A DNA stretch of 14,873 nucleotides from Candidatus Krumholzibacteriota bacterium (GTDB lineage: Bacteria > Krumholzibacteriota > Krumholzibacteriia > JAJRXK01), in assembly GCA_963806035.1 (NCBI GenBank), contig CAWDWO010000005.1, positions 1 through 14,873 on the forward strand, in the 5' to 3' direction. Below the pieces are notes generated by a model, which was not told the origin of the DNA, did not search any database, and worked only from the letters and a program-made list of their open reading frames with translations. Each line of letters begins with the position of its first letter. The stretch's first letter is position 1. Made by a program: the position numbers and the translations under genes. Shown piece by piece: positions 1-9,166 of this stretch.

Positions 1-19
1 CATCCTGCTGCTGAACTGA
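1..19 (+). CDS. 3' end of an upstream gene (...ILLLN*), possibly a PA2779-like partner of the downstream C39 peptidase
   Basis: Frame from base 2 reads ATC CTG CTG CTG AAC TGA, a hydrophobic C-terminus stopping 9 nt before the next ATG. PA2779-family genes typically precede PA2778-type C39 peptidases, but only 5 codons are visible. Confidence 0.25.
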
Positions 20-28
20 ATCCGGCCC

Positions 29-2109
29 ATGGTAGCTCGGGCGTTTACGGTCGGGGCTCCGGTGGTGGTGCTTGCCATTGTTTTGGCTAGCTGCGCGGCC
101 GCCGGTACGACCGCACCTGGATCCTTTGAGGTCCAGGATAAATTACAGGTGCTGGACGTGCCGTACGTACCCCAGAGCGGTGCATTGTGCGGGGGAGCAG
201 CGCTTGCGATGGTCCTGCGCTATTGGGGCGAGAGTGGAGTTCTGGCGGAAGACTTTACCGCGCTGGTGAACCGAGCCAGCGCGGTATTAGTACCGGGTCC
301 CTCACCCATGCCGTCACGGCGCGTGGCTGGATGTCTCTGAGCTTGCCGGGCACGCCGGACGGGGTTCGGGACGAACTGGCCCGGGGTCGTCCCGTCATCG
401 CACTGCTGCAAATGGGCAGCGACACCTATCATTACGTGGTGATCGTGGCCTGGGCCAAGGACTGGGTGCTCGTCCACGATCCCAAGATCGGTCCCTTGCG
501 GGTCTTGCCCGCCGCCGAGTTTCTCGAGGCCTGGACCACGCAGGTTCCTGGGCCCTGCTGATTCTGCCGCCCGCGACGACCGGCGGACGCGCCACGGCCG
601 ATGCCTCCCAGGTGGTGACCGAGTCATCTGTTCCCGCTGCCCATGGACACACTGGTCCAGCAGGGCCTCCGCCTGGCCACTGAAGGCACGGTCGAGGGAG
701 CCGAGCGCGCGTTCCTCGCCGCTCAATCCCTGTGCCCGAGCTACGCAGTCCCCCTGCGCGAACGCGCGGGGCTGCGATTCAGCAGCGGCGACTGGGCCGG
801 TGCGAGCCGTCTGTCGGAACGTGCCCTCGAACTCGACCCTTTCGATACCCACGCCCGACGCTTGCTCGCCGGCAGCCGATTTCTGGCCGGGGATGTGGTG
901 GGCGCGCTGCGCGCCTGGAATCACCTATCCGGTCCAAGAGCCGATTTGACTCGCATCGACGGCCTCGCCCGCACCCGCTATGCGATCGTGGCCCGTCAAC
1001 TGGATCTGCCGCCGGGCCGTCTGATCACTCCCGAAGCTTTCCTGCGCGCGCGGCGGCGCCTGTCCGAAGTGCCGGCAATGACGGATTTCCGGCTGGATCT
1101 CCATCCCCTGCCGGACAGCGCCGCCCAGCTGGATGTGTCCGTGCTGGAGCGGCCGCTCTTGGCGGCCAGCCGCTGGGATCTCACCCGGGCCGGGGGCCGG
1201 GCCCTGATCGAGCGGGAGGTTTCGGTCGACCTGGCCAGCCCCACCGGCAATGGAGAACTTTGGACGGCAGCCTGGCGTTGGTGGCAAAACCGTCCGCGCG
1301 TCGCGTTGACGCTGGCGGTGCCGGCGGTCGTCGGCCGCCCCGGACTGTGGCGAGTGGAGGGCTCTTGGGAACGTCAGACTTATGTGGCCCGCGCAGCTGA
1401 GGGCGCATCGGTGACTGCCGTCGGGGAATTGAGCCGGGAAGAGCGCCGCCGCACCGTCCTCTCCTTCGCGGACTGGCTCGGATCCGATCTGCGCTTCAAA
1501 CTCGCAACAGCGCTGGACCGGTGGGCCGGCCGAGGCGACCACTTGGCGCTCTCCGGGGCGGTCGAGTCACTCTGGGCCCGCGATCGCCTGAGCCTGACCG
1601 TGGCCGGGGGCCGATGGCTCAGCCTTCGCGGCGGCGCCCCGTTCTCCAGCGCCGACGCACTCTTGCGTTGGCGCTCCGCTGATCCCTCGGCGCATGCCCC
1701 CTCCTGGCTGAGCAGCGTCGGTCTCTCCCACGCCAGCGCGACCGCGCCGCTGGCCCTATGGTCCGGAGCGGGCACCGGATACGGACGCGCGCCACTCTTG
1801 CGAGCTCATCCCCTGCTCGATGGGGGCGTCCTCACAGGCCAGGTCTTCGGTCGCACGCTGGTGTATTCATCCCTCGAAGCGGAGCTGACGCGATGGCACC
1901 GCGGGCCCTTGGTGCTGGGCTGGGCCGTTTTTGTCGACACGGCCCGCGCTTGGGAGACCGGCCGCGCCGGCAAGGTCGCATGGCAGGTGGACGGCGGCAC
2001 GGGTCTGCGTGTCCGCTGCCTCGGCCTGAAGGGCCAGCTCCGACTCGATGTGGCCCACGGGTTCAGCGACGACAACGGAGCTGTCTCCGTTGGCTGGCAA
2101 GTTCCCTGA
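29..2109 (+). CDS. Probable single gene (frameshifted near 270, 540 and 635): lipoprotein signal + C39-like cysteine peptidase + TPR + Omp85/BamA-like beta-barrel
   Basis: ORFs 29-340, 187-561 and 643-2109 join into one protein. Lipobox LASC; papain-fold motifs LDVPYVPQ..LCG.AALAMVLRYWG, GRPVIALL, YHYVVIV, VHDP (Q/C/H/D); TPR-like helices (AERAFLAA..., ASRLSERALELDP); barrel-type C-terminus VFVDTARAW...DGGTGLRV...GQLRLDVAHG...VSVGW. Confidence 0.7.
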
Positions 2110-2202
2110 GGCAACCCTCACAATGATCGCCGACCCTTCTTTATGATGGAGTCGTTGGCCCCGCTTTTTAGCTAAGTCGTTGCCATGACATCATCTTGGC
2201 GC

Positions 2203-2218
2203 TGGCACGATTGTGGCA
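2203..2218 (+). promoter_or_regulatory. Sigma-54 (-24/-12) promoter
   Basis: TGGCACGATTGTGGCA has GG-N10-GC spacing and one mismatch to TGGCACG-N4-TTGCW. It is intergenic, upstream of co-oriented genes, with an IHF-like TAAGTCGTTG at 2173-2182. Confidence 0.6.
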
Positions 2219-2339
2219 CATCCCGCTCGTGTCTGTGAATACCGCCAATCCGGAAATTCACCAGGGGGCTTCGTTCCCATACTCAAAGGGAACACGGTCG
2301 TGAGGGCGGTGGGACAGATACGACCTTGGGATTGAAACC

Positions 2340-2621
2340 GTGATCGATGATGCGGCAGCCCACAGATTCGAGGCCCAGTTCACCCTTTGGCACAAAGAGA
2401 TCGAGGAACGTGAGGCCCGGCTTCTGACCCCCGAACGCGCGCCCAGATTCGCGGCGGTCCTGCATGTGGACGAATTGAGAGTCCTGCTGGCCACGGCGCG
2501 CGCCAGGTTCGAGGCCCTCCAGGCCAACCCAACAGGTCCCCAGGATCTTCTGACGGTTCAATTCGAGCTTGCCTGGAAGGAACTCGCGGCCGCCATCGGC
2601 CGACGGATGCCGCGGCCTTAG
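2340..2621 (+). CDS. Small helical/coiled-coil hypothetical protein, resembling sll1863-type stress proteins
   Basis: 93 aa ORF with the pattern EAQ...W..EI....A / DEL......A...F..L / E.AW.EL..A; lies downstream of the sigma-54 site. Start codon (GTG) uncertain. Confidence 0.55.
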   Translation: MIDDAAAHRFEAQFTLWHKEIEEREARLLTPERAPRFAAVLHVDELRVLLATARARFEALQANPTGPQDLLTVQFELAWKELAAAIGRRMPRP

Positions 2622-2727
2622 AGGGCCGCAAGATCGAGACGGGGCGGAACGCCGCTCGGGTGCAGATTCCGTGCGGTTGGGGAATCAGTTCCCAACCCCG
2701 GCGAACCGAAGAACGAGGAGGATTGTC

Positions 2728-2877
2728 ATGCTTTGGACCATCGCTGTCATATTCGGAGTCCTGTGGCTGCTGGGTATGGTCACATCCGTCACCGCGCACG
2801 GGTTCATCCACCTGCTGCTAGTACTGGCCGTGATCGTCGTGCTGTTGCGCGTTATCTCGGGTCGAAGGGCCGTTTGA
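2728..2877 (+). CDS. lmo0937-family (DUF5670) small membrane protein, 49 aa
   Basis: MLWTIAVIFGVLWLLGMVTSVTAHGFIHLLLVLAVIVVLLRVISGRRAV matches the family pattern (LWLLG...GFIHLLLV.A.IV.L.R.I.GRR). Strong SD GAGGAGG before ATG 2728. Confidence 0.9.
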   Translation: MLWTIAVIFGVLWLLGMVTSVTAHGFIHLLLVLAVIVVLLRVISGRRAV

Positions 2878-2930
2878 GACCTTCGGGGAGCTCGGTCGAG
2901 CGAAGGTGACGGTACAGAGAGGATTCGTTC

Positions 2931-4394
2931 GTGGCTAAAGAGGCAACGGAACTGAGATACGCTGTCCGGTTGCGGGTGGTCTTCAAGTACTTCGGTCAAC
3001 TGTGCCTCGTGCTCGGCGTGCTGACACTGGTGCCATTCGCAATGTCGCTGATCTTCGGCGAGTGGCACATCAGCCTGAGATACGTCGTGGTGATTTGTGG
3101 GCTCGCGGGCTTGGGCTTTGGGACGGCGCGACTGCGGGCTCCCTCCCGCGTGCAACCCAATGAGGGCCTGGCGTTGGTCACGCTGGTGTTTGTCTTCGCT
3201 CCGCTGGTGTTGTCCTACCCGATGATGGGCGCGGGGTTGAGATTCATGGATGCCTTCTTCGAAGCCGTTTCCGCCGTGACGACTACGGGGTTGAGCACGA
3301 AGGCGACGCTCGTCGGCGCGCCTTCGACCTTTCTTTTTGCCCGCGCCTGGATGCAATGGTACGGGGGACTGGGCATCGTCGTGCTCTCGCTTGCGCTAGT
3401 CATGCAACCGGGCCTGGTGGCGAAAGGTCTGACCGCCTCGGAGATCGATACCGGCGATTGGGGCGGTAGCGCGCGAGCCCACGCGCAGCGAGTTCTAAAA
3501 GTCTACAGCGTCATGACCATTCTGGGCATCATTGGCGCCCTGTTGTTGGGAGTCGGCCTATTCGACGCGGTACTGTACACATTTACCGCAGTATCGACGG
3601 CAGGTTTTGCACCCCATGACAATAGCCTCGCAGCTTTGGGATTGCTCCAACAGTGGTGGATTACGCTGCTTTGCCTCGCGGGTGCGATTCCACTCGCGTT
3701 CTATCACCGGATGTTGAAGGAGAGGCGGCGCGTTGAAGTGGACTTTCTTCAACTCCAGGCCGTCGTCGTCGCCTCCCTGATCGTTGCGCTCGCGGTGGGC
3801 GCTTCCATGCGGCTGAGTGCCGGCTTGGCTTGGTCACAAGTACTCCATCACGCCCCCTTGCTGGCTGTCTCGGCGCAGTCAACCACCGGTTTTGCCTCGA
3901 TGTCATGTGCGCAACTCGATGCGGGTTCCAAGTTGATCCTGATCGTCTCGATGCTCGTGGGAGGCGGAGTAGGATCGACCGCGGGAGGATTCAAGCTGCT
4001 ACGGCTGTTGATCGCAGTAAGCGTGTTTCGCTGGATAATTCTGCGGACCTGCATGCCGAAGCACGTCGTTACCGAACCTCGCCTGGCGGGTCGCCGACTG
4101 CAGAACGAAGAGATCTACGCGACCCTGCTGCTGATCGTACTGTTCGTCGCCGTTGTCGTCCTGTCCTGGCTGCCCTTTGTGGCAATGGGATTCGGCCCGC
4201 TCGATTCCTTGTTCGAAGTGGTTTCAGCGATGGCAACGGCGGGACTTTCGGTTGGGCTGTCGAGGGAATCATTGCCCGCGCTGCTCAAGGGAATTCTATG
4301 TGCTGACATGCTGATGGGAAGACTCGAAATCATCGCATGCTTGGTGCTGCTGTATCCAGGAACGTGGTTCAACAGGAGAATGGTGGGATCATGA
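2931..4394 (+). CDS. trkH: TrkH-family potassium uptake membrane subunit
   Basis: 487 aa polytopic protein with four pore-loop motifs (FEAVSAVTTTGLS, FTAVSTAGF, SAQSTTGF, FEVVSAMATAGLSVG), plus QWYGGLGIV, GSTAGGFK and MLMGRLE. SD GAGAGGA before GTG. Confidence 0.95.
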   Translation: MAKEATELRYAVRLRVVFKYFGQLCLVLGVLTLVPFAMSLIFGEWHISLRYVVVICGLAGLGFGTARLRAPSRVQPNEGLALVTLVFVFAPLVLSYPMMGAGLRFMDAFFEAVSAVTTTGLSTKATLVGAPSTFLFARAWMQWYGGLGIVVLSLALVMQPGLVAKGLTASEIDTGDWGGSARAHAQRVLKVYSVMTILGIIGALLLGVGLFDAVLYTFTAVSTAGFAPHDNSLAALGLLQQWWITLLCLAGAIPLAFYHRMLKERRRVEVDFLQLQAVVVASLIVALAVGASMRLSAGLAWSQVLHHAPLLAVSAQSTTGFASMSCAQLDAGSKLILIVSMLVGGGVGSTAGGFKLLRLLIAVSVFRWIILRTCMPKHVVTEPRLAGRRLQNEEIYATLLLIVLFVAVVVLSWLPFVAMGFGPLDSLFEVVSAMATAGLSVGLSRESLPALLKGILCADMLMGRLEIIACLVLLYPGTWFNRRMVGS

Positions 4395-5077
4395 GAGTCG
4401 TGTTTGTCGGAGCCGGAGGAGTGAGCGTCGAAACTGCCAAAGCTCTCATCAAGAAGGGCCATGAAGTCATCATCATCGAAACCGTCAAGGCCAAGATCGA
4501 TGAGTTATCCGAAGAGCTGGATTGCAGCTTCCTGCTGGGCGATGGCAGCCATCCCAGCATCCTGTGCGAAGTCAATCCCGCGCAGACCGATTTCCTGTTC
4601 TGCTTGGCCGACAGCGACCAGGACAACATCATCGCCAGTCTCGTTGGCCGTTCGCTCGGTTTCAAGCGCATCGTGACGAGCATAGGCGATCCGCAGTTCG
4701 AGGAGATCTGCCATTCGTTGGCGCTGGAGGACACGATCATTCGCTCCCGCACCATCAGCCGTTACCTCGAAGACATGGTGGGCGGCAGCAAGGACACCGA
4801 AATATCCGGGGTAATCAAAGACGAGGCGCGGTTTTTCAGTTTGATTGCGAAAGAGGAAGATGCGGTCGCGGCCAAGGATTTGAAACTACCCAAGGATGCC
4901 AAGGTCATCTGCTATTACCGCGATGGCAAGTTTGCACATGCTGATGAAGAAACGAAACTTCACATAGGCGACGAGGTTGTGATTCTCACGCACAGCAAGA
5001 ACGTACCCGCGTTGCAGGAGCGTTGGCTGCCGAAGTCCGCAGAGGAGGAGCCAGTGGATACGGCCTCGCCGGATTGA
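4391..5077 (+). CDS. trkA: TrkA/KtrA-family NAD-binding regulatory subunit (single RCK: TrkA_N + TrkA_C), 228 aa
   Basis: ATGA overlap with the trkH stop; N-terminal Rossmann MRVVFVGAGGVS...L.KKGHEVIIIE, GDGS, D.DQDNII; C-terminal ETKLHIGDEVVIL. Confidence 0.93.
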   Translation: MRVVFVGAGGVSVETAKALIKKGHEVIIIETVKAKIDELSEELDCSFLLGDGSHPSILCEVNPAQTDFLFCLADSDQDNIIASLVGRSLGFKRIVTSIGDPQFEEICHSLALEDTIIRSRTISRYLEDMVGGSKDTEISGVIKDEARFFSLIAKEEDAVAAKDLKLPKDAKVICYYRDGKFAHADEETKLHIGDEVVILTHSKNVPALQERWLPKSAEEEPVDTASPD

Positions 5078-5083
5078 TTGCAA

Positions 5084-5177
5084 CGGTCGACAACCGCCCA
5101 TCCCATCCGGCATGGAATTCATGGTCACGCTGTCTGCCGAAAGTAAAGAAGATCGATGGAGTTTTTGGTAGGGACAG
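5084..5177 (-). mobile_element. Miniature transposon remnant, unit A
   Basis: Ends in GGAGTTTTTGGTAGGGACAG (5158-5177); 64/78 nt identical to unit B by hand alignment; minus strand 5148-5125 reads LYFRQTA*, homologous to the transposase tail RYYREAA* of unit E; left tip degenerate. Confidence 0.8.
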
Positions 5178-5277
5178 CCATGCAATTGGCAGTATGAAAT
5201 CATCCAAAAACCTCGTCCTCTTAGGATAGAGTCAAGTTAAAGGTCCCCCGCAAGTTTTCCCGTGGGAGGTGTTCGCC

Positions 5278-5448
5278 ATGTCTGCAGTCCCTCCCTACCA
5301 CAGTTCCAAATATCCCGGGATCTATCACGTGCGGGACGAATGTCCCCTAGGTAAGCGTGTTGAAGAGCAAGCTTGGGCTCGCGGTTCAGGCGGAGGCCGA
5401 CTCTGCGAGCACTGTGATCGATTGAGGCGGGAACGAAAGGGCAAGTAG
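5278..5448 (+). CDS. 56-aa putative metal (Zn)-binding protein, absent from the ORF track
   Basis: GGAGGT SD 7 nt before ATG; MSAVPPYHSSKYPGIYHVRDECPLGKRVEEQAWARGSGGGRLCEHCDRLRRERKGK with an H-x4-C...CxxC ligand pattern. Confidence 0.75.
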   Translation: MSAVPPYHSSKYPGIYHVRDECPLGKRVEEQAWARGSGGGRLCEHCDRLRRERKGK

Positions 5449-5825
5449 CTCGGAGTTAACTCTACACGAAACGCTTCTCGCTCTGTCAAATCCCATCCTT
5501 CCAGATGACGCTGGCCAGATTCTTCTGCAGAACCCGCCGATCATGTTCTCTGTCTCGCTCGAGTCGCTCGGAACTACCGTGGGCTAGCCCGTTGTGAAAG
5601 ATCTCGTCGCGAACAATCTTCAGGTTCGTTGCCAGCGGCGTATTCCTGCCATCGCCCCCATATACCCTCGAAGCCGTATGCCGAACCGATGGACTGATCT
5701 CCCGCAGCCCACGCCTCTATCCTGATCCCCACCCGATCAATCTGATGGGGTCGACGTGCCTACCGAAGCCATGACTCACCGCCTAACTCGTTGGCCGGAC
5801 TGTCGATTACGGGCATACCCCGGAT

Positions 5826-5841
5826 TGGCGTCTCACTTGCC
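5826..5841 (+). promoter_or_regulatory. Sigma-54 promoter upstream of the OmpA gene
   Basis: TGGCGTCTCACTTGCC (GG-N10-GC, TTGC intact), 80 nt before ATG 5921; IHF-like TAACTCGTTG at 5784-5793. Confidence 0.55.
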
Positions 5842-5920
5842 CTGCAAGCTTGCGGATTACCGGCCCCACCGCCCACTGACGGCTCGGTCGTGAATCCAAC
5901 TCGCAACCGGGAGAACTACA

Positions 5921-6595
5921 ATGACAAGACGAACGATGGTCATATTGGGAGTGGTCCTTGCCATGTCGATGGCCATTTCCACGGGCTGTGGAACGAGCCG
6001 CGCGGTGAAGGGTGGGGTAATCGGTGCGGGAGCCGGGGGAGCCATCGGCGGCGTCATCGGCAACCAAGCGGGAAACACGGCGGCTGGCGCGATCATTGGT
6101 GCGGCGGTCGGCGGTACTACCGGGGCGCTTATCGGCCGCCACATGGACAAGCAGGCCGAGGAGATGCAGCGTGATCTACAAGACGCGCGGATTGAACGGA
6201 TCGGGGAAGGAATCAAGATCACCTTCGACTCGGGCATTCTGTTCGACTATGACTCCGCTGCGCTGCGGTCCATGGCGAGAACCAACATCGCCAATCTGGT
6301 GGTCATCCTCAACAAGTACCCGGACACAAATATCCTCGTGGAAGGGGATACGGATAACACCGGAAGTTCCGAGTACAACCAGGGATTGTCCGAACGCCGG
6401 GCTGAGGCTGTCGCGAACCAGTTGAAGTTAGGGTCCGTGGATGGATCAAGGGTCTCGACGCTTGGACTCGGTGAGACGAACCCCATCGCCACTAACGACA
6501 CGGACGCTGGCCGCCAACTGAACCGACGTGTGGAGATCGCCATCTTTGCGAACGACAAGTTGAAGGATGCGGTCGCGAATGGAAGCAATCCCTGA
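5921..6595 (+). CDS. OmpA-family lipoprotein with N-terminal glycine zipper (YiaD-like)
   Basis: Signal peptide with lipobox STGC; glycine zipper GAGAGGAIGGVIG...GAIIGAAVGG; OmpA C-terminal domain (ILFDYDS, VEGDTD, YNQGLSERRA, NRRVEI); SD GGGAG. Confidence 0.95.
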   Translation: MTRRTMVILGVVLAMSMAISTGCGTSRAVKGGVIGAGAGGAIGGVIGNQAGNTAAGAIIGAAVGGTTGALIGRHMDKQAEEMQRDLQDARIERIGEGIKITFDSGILFDYDSAALRSMARTNIANLVVILNKYPDTNILVEGDTDNTGSSEYNQGLSERRAEAVANQLKLGSVDGSRVSTLGLGETNPIATNDTDAGRQLNRRVEIAIFANDKLKDAVANGSNP

Positions 6596-6635
6596 AACCT
6601 GGCTCCGGGACCGTGGGCGTTCAAGTTCAAACTCG

Positions 6636-6727
6636 CTGTCCCTACCACTAATTCCATCTGGCATGGAATCCACGGTTACGCCAACTGCCGAAAGTATCGA
6701 AGACCGATTGAGTTTTGGTAGTGACAG
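6636..6727 (-). mobile_element. Miniature transposon remnant (MITE-like), unit B, both termini intact
   Basis: CTGTCCCTACCA (6636-6647) and TGGTAGTGACAG (6716-6727) form an 11/12 inverted repeat with TGT...ACA tips; minus strand 6699-6676 reads RYFRQLA*; no target-site duplication seen. Confidence 0.85.
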
Positions 6728-6751
6728 GATACCAAGACCACGACGGACCGT

Positions 6752-7873
6752 TCAACGTGGCTCCGGAGGAGAAATCGTCCATTCGAAGAATCGTGACTCG
6801 TTCTTCATCGCATCCCAAGTTTGGTTCGCCGGCGGGGACCATGGCGCGGGGACGACGACGGGAACGAGCTCCGCACCGATGGCGCTCGCAAATTGGTCGG
6901 CCCGCATTTGGAGTAGATTGCGCTTCGCTTCTGCCTCGTCACTCAATCCCATTTCGTCACAAAGCTCCGCCGCCCTGACGAGAGGTGTCGGGGTGCTCGG
7001 GTCAATTGTCGATGCCGCTTCGTAGAGTGCTAGCGGTACGGTTCGCAGTCCTTGGTTCTGCAGACGTGTCGCTTCGAAGTTCAGTTCTTGCGCGATGGTA
7101 GAGGGGTGAAGGGTCGCAAGAAAAGTAACCAGCCCAGCGAGCAATACGAGAGCCATCCAGTTCGCAACGGTGCCAGACTTCGAGGCGGGTGATACCGAAC
7201 GAACACCATCCAACGCAGACACTAGCCACGCCAGAAGTCCGAGTGCTACACATCCGATCGCCGCTACCAGAACAGTCTCGCTCGCCCGGGAATTCACACA
7301 GAGGAGGTACCATTGTTTCGCCATGACTAGTCCCGCTACGAGCAATCCCACACACCAGAACGCAAACGCCGCTTTCCTTCGGTGTCCCATGATCAACAAT
7401 CCTAAACCTGGAAACACAAAACCCAGCACACATACAGAGCCACCGCGGCGAAGAACTCGCGGCCACCTGTTTCCACGCGTTGACGTTGCGATTGCACGTG
7501 CCCATGCGGTACTGGCCAATACCACTACAAATGAAGCCGACAGGATCCCGATCGCTGATCCGTGCTCGAAGCGAGAGAGAAAATTGAGAATTCCGTCCCA
7601 GAAATACCACAGCAGCGGTACCGCAAACAGTGCGCTCAGGCCGATGATCGGCCACCCGTGGCGACTTCTTCCCCGTGGCCAAAGGATAAGATTGATGGGT
7701 CCCAGAAAGTATGCGCGCAGTACCAGACGCCAATCGCTGCCCTTAGTATCGAATGATGCCTTCCCTGCCCCTGTTGGCTCCCACGATGTGTGCTCCCTGC
7801 TCTTCCCCGATCGCTTCTTCCGGGTTGCAGTCTGATGCGGTTCATCGATGACGTACACTTTGTGAGATGACAT
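6752..7873 (-). CDS. Hypothetical polytopic membrane protein with a TPR-like C-terminal region
   Basis: Long ORF with about 6-7 hydrophobic segments (e.g. LGFVFPGLGLLIMG) and a helical repeat-like ALYEAASTIDPSTPTPLVRAAELCDEMGLSDEAEA. GGAG SD favours ATG at 7873 (or 7876) over the ORF-track start at 7915. Confidence 0.75.
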   Translation of the reverse strand: MSSHKVYVIDEPHQTATRKKRSGKSREHTSWEPTGAGKASFDTKGSDWRLVLRAYFLGPINLILWPRGRSRHGWPIIGLSALFAVPLLWYFWDGILNFLSRFEHGSAIGILSASFVVVLASTAWARAIATSTRGNRWPRVLRRGGSVCVLGFVFPGLGLLIMGHRRKAAFAFWCVGLLVAGLVMAKQWYLLCVNSRASETVLVAAIGCVALGLLAWLVSALDGVRSVSPASKSGTVANWMALVLLAGLVTFLATLHPSTIAQELNFEATRLQNQGLRTVPLALYEAASTIDPSTPTPLVRAAELCDEMGLSDEAEAKRNLLQMRADQFASAIGAELVPVVVPAPWSPPANQTWDAMKNESRFFEWTISPPEPR

Positions 7874-7932
7874 CATATCTCCAAAGTCGCTACCATTTGG
7901 CGCGATCGGGTACAATCAGCGTTGACTCGAAG

Positions 7933-7958
7933 GGCTGAATGGGCCAACGCATTCAGCC
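7933..7958. repeat. Perfect 9-bp inverted repeat between divergent genes (possible operator or hairpin)
   Basis: GGCTGAATG-N8-CATTCAGCC, 60 nt upstream of the membrane-protein start. Confidence 0.45.
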
Positions 7959-7979
7959 GGTTGCAACTGGCGTGCCCCC

Positions 7980-8063
7980 GGGTCCCTACCACCGATTCGA
8001 CCCGGCATGAAATCCACGCTCTAAAATCAGCGAACGACGGGATCGCGATTTCAGTTGACACAA
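7980..8063 (-). mobile_element. Degenerate miniature transposon remnant, unit C
   Basis: GGTCCCTACCACCGATTCGACCCGGCATGAAATCCACG (7981-8018) aligns without gaps to the left part of unit B. GATCGCGATTTCAGTTGACACA (8041-8062) matches 14/22 nt of the right end of unit A, including the ACA tip (weaker). Confidence 0.65.
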
Positions 8064-8120
8064 GATCGCTGGCCATACTCTAGTCCAAGCGATCGGGAAG
8101 ATTTCACGAAGGAGGATCCA

Positions 8121-8708
8121 ATGCGAAGCATGGCTTTTGCGTTGTCGCTGACTGTACTGCTGGCGATAGCTGGACGGGCGAGTTCCGAGGATGCTGCCTC
8201 GGGGGACACGGTTCGAACCTGGGGCGATACCGAGCTGTCAAAGGTCGACGAGGTCCTCAAGCTCATCCGTCTGCCTGAAATCGCCGAGAAGACGCGTGAC
8301 TCGGGTGTGTCTCGAGAGGACGTCCGCACCATCCTCGATGAAGCAGTCCGGCGCAAATTGCCCCCAGCTGAAACTGAGACCATCCTCCAGGAAAGCGGCC
8401 GCGCAGCGCGCGAATATGGCCCTGTGGACAATTTTGGTGCTTTCGTGCAGTCGAAATTGAATGAAGGTCTGCGCGGGCGCGACCTGGCATCCGCGATCCA
8501 CGAGGAACATCGCTTGCGCGGCAAGGGTCATCTCAAGGACAAGAAGGCGGGCAAGGGCAATAGTGTTGGCCAGGGCAAAGTCAAGCCCCACCCCAATGGC
8601 AAGTCGATCGATAGCAATGAGAAAGGTGATTCCGACGCAAACGAGCACCGCGATGAAGACGCTAGCCCAGAGAAGCATCGCAAAAACAGGGAAGGGGATA
8701 AGAAATGA
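8121..8708 (+). CDS. Exported hypothetical protein with Lys/Gly/acidic low-complexity tail, 195 aa
   Basis: SD AAGGAGG before ATG 8121; signal peptide MRSMAFALSLTVLLAIAGRA; helical core (NFGAFVQSKLNEGLRGRDLASAIHEEH). Confidence 0.85.
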   Translation: MRSMAFALSLTVLLAIAGRASSEDAASGDTVRTWGDTELSKVDEVLKLIRLPEIAEKTRDSGVSREDVRTILDEAVRRKLPPAETETILQESGRAAREYGPVDNFGAFVQSKLNEGLRGRDLASAIHEEHRLRGKGHLKDKKAGKGNSVGQGKVKPHPNGKSIDSNEKGDSDANEHRDEDASPEKHRKNREGDKK

Positions 8709-9040
8709 TCTGCGCGATCAAGAAAGCGAGCCGTTTCGCCGCCGCCGCTCTGATCCTGTTGGCAATGTTGAGTCTCGCAGCTTGCGGTGGCGGGACAAAA
8801 GAGCAGCAAGCCACGGGAAACCAGGATTCAACCACCGAGGCCGTCGCGCTCTCATCTGAGCAAGAAGCACTGGTAAATAAGGCAGCGTCAATTGCCAATG
8901 CGATCGAGGAGACGCCCGAGAACATGGCAAAGGTGTTGGCGGACCATAGTATGACGGTCGACGAGTATCAGTCGCTGATTTTCCGCATCGCCGGCGACCC
9001 TGCTCTGACCCGCGCATACGAAGAAGCTCGCAAGCGATAA
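8705..9040 (+). CDS. Hypothetical lipoprotein, 111 aa
   Basis: ATGA overlap with the previous stop; lipobox LAAC-GG; helical mature domain. Confidence 0.85.
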   Translation: MICAIKKASRFAAAALILLAMLSLAACGGGTKEQQATGNQDSTTEAVALSSEQEALVNKAASIANAIEETPENMAKVLADHSMTVDEYQSLIFRIAGDPALTRAYEEARKR

Positions 9041-9166
9041 AGAGGAAGCTTGAGAGCATCGGATGATCTTGCGATAGCTTCCATGTAATGAGCCGCACCG
9101 AGCAGTAATTCGCTTCGGCATCGAATCTGCGGACCAATACACGTCCCCGTTGATCGCCCTCCCTCC

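Noticed and set aside
2301..2317. TGAGGGCGGTGGGACAG as a sixth unit end
   Set aside because: Only GGGACAG matches; no T-run, tail or opposite end nearby.
5483..5498. CTGTCAAATCCCATCC resembling a deleted left end
   Set aside because: Requires a ~9-nt deletion and similarity stops at once; too short to support.
5449..5790. Open reading stretches in the gap before ompA
   Set aside because: No start codon with SD and no recognisable motif in the frames I read; left unannotated.
8055..8079. TTGACA...CATACT sigma-70 promoter, and the ORF-track TTG start at 8055
   Set aside because: The spacer is only 13 nt; TTGACA overlaps the degenerate end of unit C; the SD supports ATG 8121.
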